64,000 bases of DNA from Chrysomallon squamiferum (lineage: Eukaryota; Animalia; Mollusca), in contig CM022670.1 of the NCBI GenBank assembly GCA_012295275.1, forward strand, positions 29,574,001 through 29,638,000. Direction: 5' to 3'. The stretch's first letter is position 1. Each line of letters opens with the position of its first letter. Below the pieces are notes generated by a model. That model was not told the DNA's origin. It saw only the letters and a program-made list of their open reading frames with translations, and did not search any database. The translations under genes were made by a program, and so were the position numbers. Shown here piece by piece: positions 38,607 through 52,513 of the stretch.

Positions 38607-40961
38607 CCCTTGGGTTGCCTGCATTTGGGTTGTATTTTAATGTAGTCATTAGACTTTACACTGATGAATACACATGTATGTTCTGCTTTATAATCTGCAG
38701 GTGAAGATGGCCAAAGAACGAAGATAAAGAAAGACACAGTGAGTTGGTTTTCAAACTAGGAAAACAATATAATAACTGTAATTATGACATGAAATAAAAT
38801 TTACTTCGTTACTCAATGTAAGTTTAAATGTTTTGAAACAATTTGAGATATCTAGAAAGTTTTAATTCACATTACCTAACTGCAAAATAAAAATGACTTG
38901 ATCTTTTATGAAGAATAAAGAATCATCAAATAAATTAAACATTTGTATTTAAATAATAATAGCAATATCAAAATAAATGATAATAATAACAGTAATAATT
39001 AATTAATTAATTTTGAATTTTGATTAAATATTTTTTTCATGTATTACTGATTTTTTGTTAGTTTGTTTTTTCAGTATCAAAAAAGAAAATTGAAAATTGC
39101 AATCGTGGATGGAGGGGACAGTGCCCCCAAAAGAAACGAGTTTTCAATTTTCTTTTTTTATTGGCTGCTGGCACTTCGGTTGGGATGTATGAAGCAATAG
39201 CAGTAGCAGTAGCAGTAGTAGTAGTAGTAGTAACTGTTATTGTTTTTGTTTTAGTAGAGTAATAATAAAATTAATAAGAAATTAGTTAATTTTGAATTTT
39301 GATTCAACATTTTTAAAGGAATTACTTTCTTTTATCCTTTTGTTGTAGCAGAATGAAAAGATTAAAATGACTGCAACACATAGTTAGAGTGACCAGAATG
39401 ATTTTATTAATTTTTTTTATATTAAAAAATTTAACAAAACAAAACTATTAGTTACCAATTTACATATGACGTATGTAAAGGAAAAACAAATTAAATCACA
39501 ATTATAATGCACTTTGACTGAAGTGTATCTATGACTAGGTCAGATACTGGTAAGCAAAGATGTTGCACTTCAAATATAATCACCAATAAAACTATCATGA
39601 ACAACTGTAGAAATTAACAGAATATTTGAAATATTTCACAGAACTATACCAATATTTGAATATCTACCGTAAATGAAAATGGTGACAACAAAATGTTTGC
39701 ATCTTGTTACAAGTAATTGAAAGTATTATTGAGGTAACTTTCAGTAGTGATTGCTGTTGCTGTTGTTAGATAGTAACAGTAGTAAAAACAGCAGTGGTAG
39801 AAATACAATAGTATTAGTAGTAATCATAATACTAGTATCAGATGTATTTTTTAAACAGTGAATATTTTATTTGTATTTCTCTTTAAGAATATTTTGTGCT
39901 TATCAGCCTTATTAATACAGATAATAATTAGTTTACAGATAAATTGTACATACAAAACATTAACTCAAGTTCAACAAAAATGAAAACAAAGTGGACATAT
40001 TTGGCACTTACCAATGTAGCTTCACTTATAGACTGTTATTGCTTCATTATCTGAAAAGATATACAATACTGAAATAGTGTAGAAATGTTTTCCCCCCAAG
40101 GAAAAATGTTGGTACATCATTATGATATTTCTGCAATGTGTTTTCATCTTACAGTTCTTTATCTGAAAATCTAATATATTATCTATGAACCACATATATC
40201 AGTTCATTACCTTTTAACAAGAATTTTCATTCAAGCTAAAACATTTATATATTTATTCATTCAACAATCTTTCCAAGTATGTTTTATTTTATTTATTCAT
40301 TCCTTTATGATTCAGTTACTCATATCTTGTGTTCTGTTGTTTGTGTTTATGTAAATACTATCATTAAGTATAATTGTTAAAGTATATTGCTTACCTGGTT
40401 CATAATAATTATACACTCTTATTGTATAATTTGCAGAGTAGAGCAGATTGACTCTTCTTAAAAAAATGTTATCATTAAACACATTTCTTTACTTATCTGC
40501 AATATTTAAATATACAGCTGTTTTCGTAACTGTCTGGAACATATAATCTTTAAACATATGAATATATTCTCATTCTAGTTATAAAAAGAAAACATGTCAA
40601 TGGTATACAGTAATAATATAACAGATGGTGTTCAAATCCCAGTGCTGGCTGGTTGATAGTGAGGTATTTGCACTGTGATTTGTAAAAAAATAATCCCACA
40701 TCAGCCAGCAAGGAAGTGTTGGGAAAAAGAAAAAAAAAAAAAAAAAAAAAAAGAAAGAAAAACAGTATTCAAAATCTATAATCACAAAGCGTGTTCAGTA
40801 TGACCTATAAAAATCTCCAGCCTCTGAAAAATGTGTGTAACAAAGTTAAAGATAGCATTATACAATGTCAGAACACTATTATGAGATGAATGGATATAAG
40901 AATGGAAGAACTAGGAGAAATCAAATTGCTAGGTGACACTATCTGGATAGAATTCAGAAGA

Positions 40962-42040
40962 AAATGGACCCAAAACCCACAAAAATGAACCCCCAATGAG
41001 CAGCATATAATTAAATCTTAATTTGTATAAACTGATTTGTAAATGATTTACTGTTTACTTAATATCTATAATCTATTAAATCATTTATGTCTAAACTGCT
41101 GTTTTATTTCTCCTTATTTCACTTTTTTCTTCTTTTTTTTGTCAAATTTCATCAGCTAGAAAGTAACCACTGCTTTTAACCTTAATTCTATGTAAATCAG
41201 TTTCCCGCTTACCTCACTTAACTATCGGAAATTTGGAACCAGTTACAAACTTAATCTGAGGTATTATTGTAGTATGGATATCGCTTATCGCATAAAGTAT
41301 GCAAATATGACAATTATCGAAATAATCTAAGTATCGAATGTAAATAATTAAAAAAGAAGGTATTTATCTAGAAGTATTCCCAATGATTTGGTCCTTCGTA
41401 TAAACTTTTTTCAGTCAAAGCCAAAGTATTTAGTGTACATACTATTAATATACTATGTGTTGTATTTAAATGGTGTTATAGTTAACATTGTTACAGTTTA
41501 CGATGTTTAAGGGAACCGGAATAGGGGAGATTTATTATATGAAGTCACCGGGAGCGTGCGTCAGTTTTGTTCGTAGCAATTTTTGAAACGAAATAAATTG
41601 TTTGGAAATTGAAATGAACTTTATGTTTTAATGTTAAAACATAACACTATGTCACATATATTGTATAATATGTGCACAATGTGAATATGAATGTGTGCAT
41701 AACATAAATATGCTCAGAAACATGTATCTTGAACATATTTAAGCTGAATGTGGTTTAATTCGAACAGTTAATGATAAATGTAACGTTTACATATTCCATT
41801 TACTGAATATAAGTGAATTACTCGTATGTAAAATTTTTTTTTTTTTTAAATTATATTGCTGAAAAAAATTAGTTATTTATAATATTTTGGTCGTTTTTTT
41901 TACAGAATCAACAAAAAACACATCGTGCCGCTTTTTTCTTTTCTTTTCTTAATAGATGAAATTGATGTAAAATTGTTTATTATTGGTCGCTTGTTTTGTA
42001 ATGGAAAGGAAATGTTTATGAATTAGAAATGACCAGTTTA

Positions 42041-42074
<34 letters not shown>

Positions 42075-42879
42075 TGAATATGAATATGAATATGAATATG
42101 AATATGAATAAGAATAAGAATACGATAATGACAATAATAATAATAACAACAACAATAATAATAGTAATAATATAATAATAATAATATTGATGATGATGAT
42201 TATGATGATGATAATGAGAAGGAAGAAGATGATGATGATAATAATGAAAAAGTAAAAACTACAACAAATGAGTAGTGAACGCTTATTCTGCTTTCGGTTG
42301 ATTTACATAATCGATTTAAGAACAATGCGCTCCGCCTCTGAATGTTAGAAAGAAACCAGATGAACGTACAGGCCAAGTTCATTATACACAGAGGTAATCA
42401 GGTATTGCGGTAGACGAGTTTTTTCTACGAAATGGGAATTCTACCAGATGGGAAGACACTGTTTGTACCCATTAACTGGTGTCTTCCCATTTGGTAGAAT
42501 TCCCAGTTCGTATAATTCCCATTTCGTAGAAAAAGTTGGTCTACCGCAATACCTGATTACTTCTGTATATAATGAACTTGGCCTGTGCATACATCTGGTT
42601 TCTTTCTAACATTCAGAAGCGGAGTGCATTGTTCCTAAATCGATTATGTAACATAAACCGAAAGCAGAATAAGCGTTCACTGCTCATTTGTTGTAGATTT
42701 GTTACTTTTTCATTATCATCATCATCTTCCTCTTCCTCATTATCATCATCATAATCATCATCAACATTATTATTATTGTTGTTATTATTATTATTATTGT
42801 TATTATTATTATTCGTATTCTTCTTATTCTTATTATTATAATTACTGTTACTATTATTATTATTATTATGATGATGATG

Positions 42880-42915
<36 letters not shown>

Positions 42916-43836
42916 TATTATTATTATTATTTAAACTGGTCATTTCTAATTCATAAACATTTCCTTTCCGTTACAAAACAAGCAACCAATAATAAACAAT
43001 TTTACATCAATTTCATCTATCTATTAAAAAACAAAACGAAAAAAGAATGAAAGAAAAGAAAAATGGCTTGCTTCTGTAAGAGAATACGACAAAAATATTA
43101 TAAATAACTAATTCAGCAATATAATTTTTAACAAAACATATTTTACATACGAGTAATTTACTTATATTCAGTAAATAGAATATTTGAACGTTACATTTAT
43201 CATTAACTTTTCGAATTCAACCATATTCAGCTTAAACATGTACAAGATATCTGTTACTGATCATATTTACGTTATGCACACACACATATTCAGATTGTGC
43301 AGATATTATACAATATATGTGACATAGTATATTAATAGTATGTACACTAAAGATATAACCTGCAAATACTTTGGCTATGACTGAAAAAGTTTATACGAAG
43401 GACCAAATCATTGGGAATACTTTTAGATAAATACCTTCTTTTTTAATTATTTACATTCACTATATTCGATACATAGATTATTTCGAGATTTGTCATATTT
43501 GCATACTTTATGCGATAAGCGATATCCATACTACAATAATACCTCAGATTAAAGATGTAATTGGTTCCAAATTTCCGATAGTGAAGTGAGGTATCGTTAA
43601 GCGGGAGACTAATTTACATAGAATTAAGGTTAAAAGCAGTGGTTACTTTCTCGCTGATGAGATCCGACATAAAATAAAAAAAAGAGGTGAAATAAGGAGA
43701 AATAAAACGGCAGTTTAGACATAAATGATTTAATAGATTATAGATATTAAGTAAACAGTAAATCATTTACAAATCAATTTATACAAATACATTAAGAAAT
43801 AATTATATGCCGCTCGTTGTGGGTTTGGTTTCATTT
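40962..43836. repeat. ~2.9-kb intergenic quasi-palindrome (foldback)
   Basis: Arm ~40962-42459 is the reverse complement of 42479-~43836, with a 19-nt spacer (42460-42478). Mirrored ORFs at 42200-42382(-) and 42572-42754(+). Scattered substitutions and indels. Confidence 0.92.
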
Positions 43837-45819
43837 AAGATAATGTATTTTGTTTCTAAAGTTATTGTCTTCCGTTTCTTTTTATCATCAGCATTTGCCG
43901 GTATCGTGTTATTCGTTTTGACATATTGGAAGGGTAAATTACAAACGAGTTTAAGTCAAAATCGAAGCAGAAGACAAAAGAGAATCAGAATAACAGATGC
44001 ACGTATGATGTGTCAACCGATCAACACAGCTGAGAGAAGCTTGTGAATGAACGAAAAATTAAAGAAAACGGACTTAAAAACATGCATTGTATACATTTGT
44101 ATCATTTATTTCGAGCAATTAACTATTAAATTAAATTTCTATTTATATAATTTGTAAAGAAGAAAGATTGTTAAAGCGTGGTATCGTTAAGCGAGATATT
44201 ACTGTATTTATACAATAAAAATCGCTTTCCAAATAATCTGGAGCAGTTAATTATAATGACTGAAGTAAAACCAAGCATGTCAATGAGACCACTGAACCAC
44301 ATTTAGGCTTTCTACGAAATGGGAATTCTACCAGATGGGACTAAGTCCATTAAATCGGCATGATTTCTTGAGGTTTTTTCCGTGATGTAATTTTTGCCGT
44401 TACGAGTTATCATTCCTATTGGTCCATGCTACTTACAGAGAAAAACCAAAGGTTAACCAAATAATATTTTTTGGGCGACTAACCCATAATGTTTTTAACA
44501 TTCATTTCGAGCCCAGATGTGTGATTATAAAAATTAATTAAAAAAATTAATATGGTCTAATCACATCCAACCTAACTTTTTATTTACCAAAGAGCTTCTA
44601 CAGTGGAGAAGATTATAAGCATGCTGCAGATGCGAGCTACATCAGGCATAATGCACACTTACTGTTGTTCACTATGATATATATTCACTTTTTATTATCT
44701 TCTTGTCATATTTTAGTGTTGTTTTCCTAAAATGAAGTAAATAAAAGCACTGAATAACATAATGGTACTAACCAGGTAAAATAAATAAATAAATAATACT
44801 GAAGCATAAATAAGAGGATTCTTTTGGTTTTTTGTTGTTGTTGTTTTTTGTTTATGAAGTGCATTAAATGATTAAATAATAATAATAAGCGAATGTACAT
44901 ATGTGGTATGGTTTTATTTATCATTAAGCTAGAACATATCTGTCGCAAAGCAAAAAAAAAAAAAAAAAATAATAATAATAATAAATAAAATAAAAATAAA
45001 TAAAACATTAAGAAATTAATAATATGTATATATATTTTAAAATGCAAAATTGTAACAGATAATAATTTTTCAGTCACTAATATTTCCAAGAATTCTCGTT
45101 CATAATAGCAAACCTAACATCTACGGATATGCTTAATTTAGAACTCGCAAAATTCGTTATTTACTCGTGCTTTAACTTCTGGAAGCACCTTTAATACAAA
45201 CATAAACGTTTCTTCACAGTCAACAAAAAATTAATCGAATGTTAACAAAAGAAAACATTACGAATCAACAGAAAATTGCATTTAATTGTTGTATTTCACA
45301 CTTACAAATTTGCAGACAGCGAAACACATAGTAATGATGAGACTGAGTTACTCTTCTAAGCGTTCTTGAATTTTTTATTATTATTGGGTTTTTTTGTTGT
45401 TGTTTTTTCGCATATATTTTATTGTGTTTTAACCAATTTAAGCGCTTTTTTTAAACAATATTATTAAAACCGTTTGCTTTTTGTCATTCATTTTTGTTTC
45501 ACTTTCACTTCTAGATTCGGCAATAGATTCTTTAAGTGTAATGATTAATTACTGGTGAGGCGGTTAGCATAGGTTTATGTCTGACCGAGTTTATATGATC
45601 GTGTAAATTATTAACGTTTCTTCTTCTTCTTCTTCTTTTTTCATTTTAAGTTGGAACAAGAATTTGTTCCGTTTTTATCATGTACAATAATAATAATACT
45701 TATGTAGTGTTGTTTATAACATTATTCGATCTGTTTATTGGTGAGAACTAAGAAACCAACTGTTTTTCATCCATTTCTCTTGATGATTGTCTGGAATCTG
45801 TACCATTTGTTTTTTTTCT

Positions 45820-46152
45820 GTGAGAGATGTTCATTGATAAATTTAGTTACCGCCCTTGTGTAAGAGATGTTCACTGATATATATAGTTACCACTCTTGTG
45901 TGAGAGATGTTCACTGATATATTTAGAGTTACTACCCTTGTGTGTCAGATGTTCACTGATATGTTTAGAGTTATTGTCCTTGTGTGTCAGATGTTCACTG
46001 GTATGTTTAGAGTTACTGCCCTTGTGTGAGAGATGTTCACTGATATATTTAGAGTTACCGCCCTTGTGTGAGACATGTTCTCTGATATATTTAGAGTTAC
46101 CGCCCTTGTGTGAGAGATGTTCATTGATATATTTAGTTACCGCCCTTGTGTG
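45820..46152. repeat. 40-42-bp minisatellite (GAGATGTTCACTGATATATTTAGAGTTACCGCCCTTGTGTGA), about 8 copies
   Basis: Direct tandem copies with no unique spacers. Confidence 0.9.
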
Positions 46153-46642
46153 AGTATATACCTTTATTCATCCTCTATTTTGTGCTGATGAAAATATGAG
46201 CCTGACGTGTCTTGGTAATTTCTTCAAAAATATTGTAATATGAAATACAAAGCAATGGATTGTTAAAATGTCAAAAAGCTGTACAAAGGCTATATTTTTA
46301 ATGGTATGCATTGTGAAGTGAGGGAAAACTTTTATCAATCGTTTGCTTTTAACAAATGTAACACTATAAAAGGCTAAAATTCCATAAAGTATTAAAGTTT
46401 TAGATGGGTAGTGACTATGACAGTGATAGGAATATGTGTCACAAGAAAACTTTGGCTATTTATCACACTTGCACTCCCTGTCACTCATACTGTCACTGGT
46501 AAACTACTGCGCAGCCGTTTCGAACGAGTTTACGTGTACAAAATCTTCTTCCGGGCAACCGGCTATTTCTTACTGGATATCTTTCCGCTTTTAACATAAT
46601 CAATTTTATATCATCACACATATCTACCTAGATCCTAGAATT

Positions 46643-46694
46643 TCGTGGGGCACACCTAAGCATGTCTCCGGGCACATCCTCTGAGAACCACTGG
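46643..46694 (+). mobile_element. hAT/Charlie-like 3' terminal fragment
   Basis: GGCACACCTAAGCATGTCTCCGGGCACATCCTCTGAGAACCACTG resembles the Charlie end ...GGCACA...TGAGAACCACTG. Confidence 0.4.
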
Positions 46695-47961
46695 TCAGTC
46701 AGAATGGTTTTGTAAATTCCTATATAAATGACAGACCGAGAACAACGTATGGAGAATAAAATGGATGCAGCATTCCTCTAGCATATCCTTAGTCGCTTTT
46801 GTAGTGTGGGACGGGCAATGTCGTAGTGGAAGATTATTTATAATGTAAAAATAGTTGTTCGTATAACCGAAGGAACGAACAATTTAAGAAACAGGCTTCC
46901 CAGTTACTAAACAATATTTTGAAGTACACTTTTGAAGATAAAAGTACACGGCATAATGTGTTACAGAGTGTTACAACATAAAACTCAAAGTAGTAATAAA
47001 ATAAAATTGAAGACAAAATTTATACTCTGCCAACAGCCTACGTTTTTATAACATTTATTTACGAAATATAACTGAAGGATATAAATTATTAGCCTATCCT
47101 TAAGAACCTTTTGGACATTCGACATGCACAAAAAAAGAAAAAATATTTATAAACTCTTTACAAATTTGTAACGAACAAATCCATGTACAAAAGGTCTACT
47201 CATTATTCAGTACTGTCTATTAAGAACAGATGTAGTTATTTATTTCATTTAATGCGGTTTACCAGAGTGATTATCTTCGGTTACATTTTGCTTAGTATTT
47301 AGTTCCTGATGAAAAGACCTCGATTTTTACACGTTTCAGTGTAGATAATACAATAATAATTAACTGCATTGATTTTTTTTTTCCATTAAGATCACAACCA
47401 GTTTAAGAATTAAACGCTTTTAGTGGTCAAAGATAATTGTCGTTATTAACTTAACTCGGTGAACTGTTTATTAACAATTTACGCTATGAGTAAATTTAAC
47501 GTACACAAAGGCTTATTGGATGTCGACGTTATCACAAGTTCTGACAGTAATTGGAGAGAGAAAAAAAAAAAAAAAAACAACAACAAGAAAACGAAAGAAA
47601 GGAAGGAATATAATTGCAATTTGTATGATGACGATGAAAGACATGTAGTTAACAAAAAGGACCAGGTAAAAAGTATATAAAGGATAACTGCATATCGTAG
47701 ACGACTGTATCTTGAATTTCGATCACAACTGAGAAACATACAACAACAAAAAAACAACAACCAAAAACGAGTTATTTGCATGGATAAGATGTTAGAAGCG
47801 TCTCTTGTTGACATAAACTATGTAAAATAAATAATACAAAGGAGGCACGTGTGTCGAAGACCTTTGATACTTCTGTTTGAACATAAAGAAGATCTACGAA
47901 GCTAAATTTGGAACTATTGTTAAAAAAAAAAAAAAAAAAAAAGGCTGTCAAAAGTGTTACA

Positions 47962-50361
47962 ATGATTGCAGTTTTTCTCCTCGTTTCAGTGTGGATATTT
48001 TTTATTTTGCCACGAACAGGTATGTTATACCTCTACTGGCGCTGAGTGAAACTTTTGTTAATACATATTTCGTTCTTTCTGGCAATTATAATTCAAAGTA
48101 TTTTCAAACAATTATTTATTTATTTATTTTTGTATCTTTACTGTTTAGAAACAGTGATATTCTAGTGATTTTCTAACAGCCAAAGAATTTAAATATTTTG
48201 GAGACATTTTATTGTTATAGTTGTTATCGTTATATATGGTACATCACTTTTCAATAGTCTGTAAAATATATATGCGATGATGAAATGTTCAAAGTTATTT
48301 CTTTAGTATTAATTGCTTGTTTAAATGTTAAAAGACCATTTTTAAAACAGTTTTCAGTAAAAACATAATAAATAAATTGGTATTTAAGGACGATTTTTGG
48401 TTTGATGAATAGAAACAACGCAATAAATGTGCTTGAATATTACTGTCAAGTACGATGAGTGGAGGAAAATACCCAGTTAATTTCATTTAGTTTTTGTATT
48501 ATTTAGGAATTAAATATAAAAGAAATAACTGGTTACTACTTTAAGATATCCTTGCTGCAGTTTGGCATCTTCACCTTCGGAGGATAAAGCTAATAAATTA
48601 AGACAGTAAACTTTTGTCACACACACACACACACACAGAAATACTGATTCGTTCGTTTTTATGTTCGTTCTTTCAGAAATTTTTATTGTTTTATTTATTC
48701 ATTCAAATGTTCCTTTCTTCATTCATAAGTGTGTCCTGTTATTATTTTAGTCATTCGATATTTAGATTATTATTAATTTACTATTTTATTTTTATTATTA
48801 TGATGGTCTTTTTTTGTTTGTTTGTTTGTTTGTTTTTTTATTTTTTCAACTGTGTTTTTCAGTTTTTTCAGCGGCGTGTGAAAACGCCGATCATGATGAT
48901 TTCTGTGATGCTGGTGTGCCTAAAGGAGATTGCTGGTTTATTTCCAACAGATTCTGCCGCTGTTCCAAGTCTTGTGAAGCCCCACCTAACTGTGGATGTT
49001 AGTACTTCAAATAACCAGTAAATGAAGTAGTGGTCCTGGGACCAGTACTAGTAGTGCCAGTAAAAGTAGTTACAGTAAACATAACAGAGCAATGTTAACG
49101 ATTTTATCTGAATAATATATGATAATAAATAAATAAATAAATAAATATATAAATATAGCACCAGATTTTAAAAATGTTAGAGTTCACTGAGGCACTGCAA
49201 TTCACTGGTGTGGCTATCCTACTTCAGCGTCTAAACTAGTCGGTAAAAGCGGACAAACGTAAAAATAAAATAGGTTACATTTTAAAACTTCGTGCCTAGT
49301 CTGAATATTTTTGTCTCTGTAAAGTTACTCATATATATATATACACACACAAACACACACACACACACACATGATTTACACGTAATATTAATATAAGGCA
49401 GTGTCGCGATTAATTTTGGATTTGAAAGACAGGCAGCCATAAATTTCGTTATGCTTGGAATTATTTTCAATTAATTTCATGCCCACTTGATAAATTGTCA
49501 GTTTCGAAATGTATTTACTGTAATGAACAAGATACATATTGACCAAATATCGAAGGATGATACCAAACTGACAAGTTCCTGTAAAATAAATAAATACAGA
49601 CTCACTGATAGCATCCTAGAATGATCATAGCAAGATTTCAAATTATTTCATTCTGATGCACAAGTCCTTCCACTTAACCAAGCGGACAGCGAGTGACGTT
49701 GTTTCTGTTGTTGATGTCATAATTATTTATTCTTCGAAACCAAGCGGAAACAACGGGAATTGTGCAGTTGTAAGCTAGTTAACAAAATATATCTCAGCAG
49801 ATATATTTTAGTTTGTTTTAAATTATAATAAATAACCATACGTATGCGTTAAAAATCCATACGTTCGCGTATTATTTATCTTTTTCAGCAGAAAATAATG
49901 ACACTGACTGTATGTGCTTCAGTTTAGCCTACCTCTGTCCAGCAATTCTGTCTTCCTGTCCTACTACTTGCGACCGCAGAACAAGTTTGTACTTTTTCTT
50001 GATTATCTATTGCATCTCTAATCGAAGAGCTTAGAACCAGTGTTATCTAACATATTTTCTTTTCTGATCATCAACGTTGAAGTTATCTTTCTCAAAATAT
50101 GTGTATGTATGTATGTATAATAATTTAAGTTATTATTGGGGTCTTGCCCCTCTAATTGTCAGTCTTTCATTTTGTGGTTTCGTGCATTCGTATTTATATA
50201 ATTCCTTTACTGCCTTGTACACAGTGGAGACGAATGGCAACAGTAACCACTAATATGACTATATAGTATAGTTTAAACGTAATTAATCTAATATAGAATA
50301 ATATATATAATCTGATACTTTGTCAACCCTATAAGTTCTCCTTTTAATGTTTCTTGAAATG

Positions 50362-50434
<73 letters not shown>

Positions 50435-52513
50435 ACAAAAATGAGTAAGAAAATACAAAAATAATCTACGTTTGCTATTATGTGAAATAAAATCAGATCT
50501 CTGTGCTCAACAGGTATTCCTTGTCAGCCACTCCCATCGTTTGCTAATGCCTCACCCTCTCTCAGTCTTCCTGCATATGGCGACAAGGTAACTTATACAT
50601 GTAACGAAGGTTATGAAAAAACTGGAGGTAACACTGGTCTCAGAGCATGTGTAGAACATGGAGTGTGGTTTGTACACACAGTTGATGGAATTCCACCAGT
50701 ATGTCAGCGTACGTATAGACATTACTCTTAACGTGTGCTTGCAGTGGTATGAATATTAAGCAGACAATTTTATACTTCCTATTTATAATTTTACTGGATT
50801 TAGGTGACATATCAGTACTATAACAAAGCATAACATTAAAATAATATTTATTAAAACTCCATTATCAGAATTCTTTTACTATTATTTGTTATTTATTTCA
50901 TTTTATTCTCTATTTATTTTTTGATAATTATGGAAGAACAAAACGTTAAGACATCATGTGAGGACTTTACAGCAACATGAGGGAGGCAGTACTTTGATCA
51001 ATAGTACATGTATTTTGTTATTACACTTCATTGTTATTATACTTCATTATTAAAAAATATAAAATAAAATAATAATAACAATAAATACATTTATTTAAGA
51101 TATGCATGAAAATATTATTTAATGTACATTATTTACGTTACAGCTAGAAAATACTCTGAAACAAACTGCAGATTCCCGCCTATCAGGCATTTGTCGTAAC
51201 TCATAACTTTAAATAAAGAAATGTTTGTAGCAGTGAGTTTATTGTCAATTACAACAACAACCACAAGAAACAACAAAAATAAATAAATAAAATGAATAAA
51301 TCTGTCATGCTTTACAACCCAAAATTTGAAACATGTTGATGTAACTTTAACAGTCCCATAGAAAATGTATTATCAATGTTATGATTATTTGCTTGTTTAT
51401 TATTTCTATATGTTCTTTCTTTTTGGAAAATCTGGGTTGTTTGAAGTAGATCAATATTAAATTTGCTTTTCAAATCTGAAAACACATAAAACAGTAACCT
51501 CAAATTAGCTATGAACTAAACTAATAAAAAAAAAAGATAGTTTCAACTTTTGTTTAATACAGCTGTCAGTTGTGGAGCTCCACCAGTATTACAAAACTTT
51601 ATTCCATCTAAAACTGCTGGATACTATGGTGATGTTGTCAGTTATTTATGCCCGGAGAAAATGATGAAAATCGGCGGCGGTATTGCAAAATGCCTATGTA
51701 ATGGGTCTGCACATTGGGAAATTGAAATTACAGATTCCGTTCCAATTTGTAAAGGTAAATATTTTAAGCTGTATTATGTATACAATAGCATTACAATAAT
51801 AACTAATATTTAGTAATTTTTGGTTATGTGAATAATCTTTCTTCAAATATACCATAATTTTAAAATACGTTATTGCTGATTACTTCAAAACATTTTTGTC
51901 CAGTGATGTTTATTAAAGCTTTAGGTTTGTTGGGGTTTTTGTTTTTTTTCTCCAATAAATAAACATATTTTTGGCAACACATTATCACACTGTGACATTT
52001 TGATATTAACCATTTTAGATAGCAAACAAATATTTTTTTTTTGGAAGCCAACAACCTTTTAATACAATCACACTATACACTTATTCATTATTTCCTTTTT
52101 CTCAATACATTTAAAAAAAAAATCAGTAAAATGAATGATAACTGTTACTTTTTATTTTCTTCTCAGGATAATTATATTAAAAATTTAGTGAATACATATA
52201 AACATATGACCTAATTTATAGGTTCTACTGGTATATACAACATACTGTATTATATATAATAATAAGCCACAATGTTTGTTAAGATTACCTTTACATATAT
52301 TCAGATTTGGAAATTCATTTCCGGAATTCGGCTGCAGAAATTACTGGAGCTGTTCCCCCAAATATGTCACAAGGTCGCAGCAATGTGGATTGTGCACATC
52401 AGTGTGCATTGATGGACAAGTGTTACGGGTACACTTTCACTGCTGCATCAATGGCTTGCAGCTTCAATGTGGTTTCCATAGATCCAGTTACAACAAAAAT
52501 GAAAATTATCTGA
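47962..52513 (+). CDS. Secreted protein, 291 aa: signal peptide, two Cys-rich ShK-like repeats, two sushi/CCP domains, PAN/apple-like domain
   Basis: All phase-1 GT-AG exons 47962-48019, 48872-48997, 49889-49984, 50514-50708, 51563-51754, 52305-52513. Segments: MIAVFLLVSVWIFFILPRT; CENADHDDFC..CRCSKSC and DTDCMC..CPTTC; CCP domains (CQPLP..GDKVTYTCNEGY..C..GVW..PVC and CGAPP..GDVVSYLC..C..W..PIC); PAN (SNVDCAHQCALMDKCYGYTF..CSF). Confidence 0.8.
50365..50432. repeat. (GA)n microsatellite
   Basis: Uninterrupted GA run in an intron. Confidence 0.95.

Noticed and set aside
40620-40660. tRNA gene (GTTCAAATCCC B-box)
   Set aside because: No A-box or cloverleaf. At most a decayed SINE head.
41949-43050. 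Poly-Y/S/I/H ORFs in the palindrome
   Set aside because: They are translations of AAT/GAT microsatellites.
45820-46152. CRISPR-like array or Cys-rich repeat protein (ORF 45896-46153)
   Set aside because: Head-to-tail minisatellite with no spacers, in a eukaryotic context, with no cas genes.
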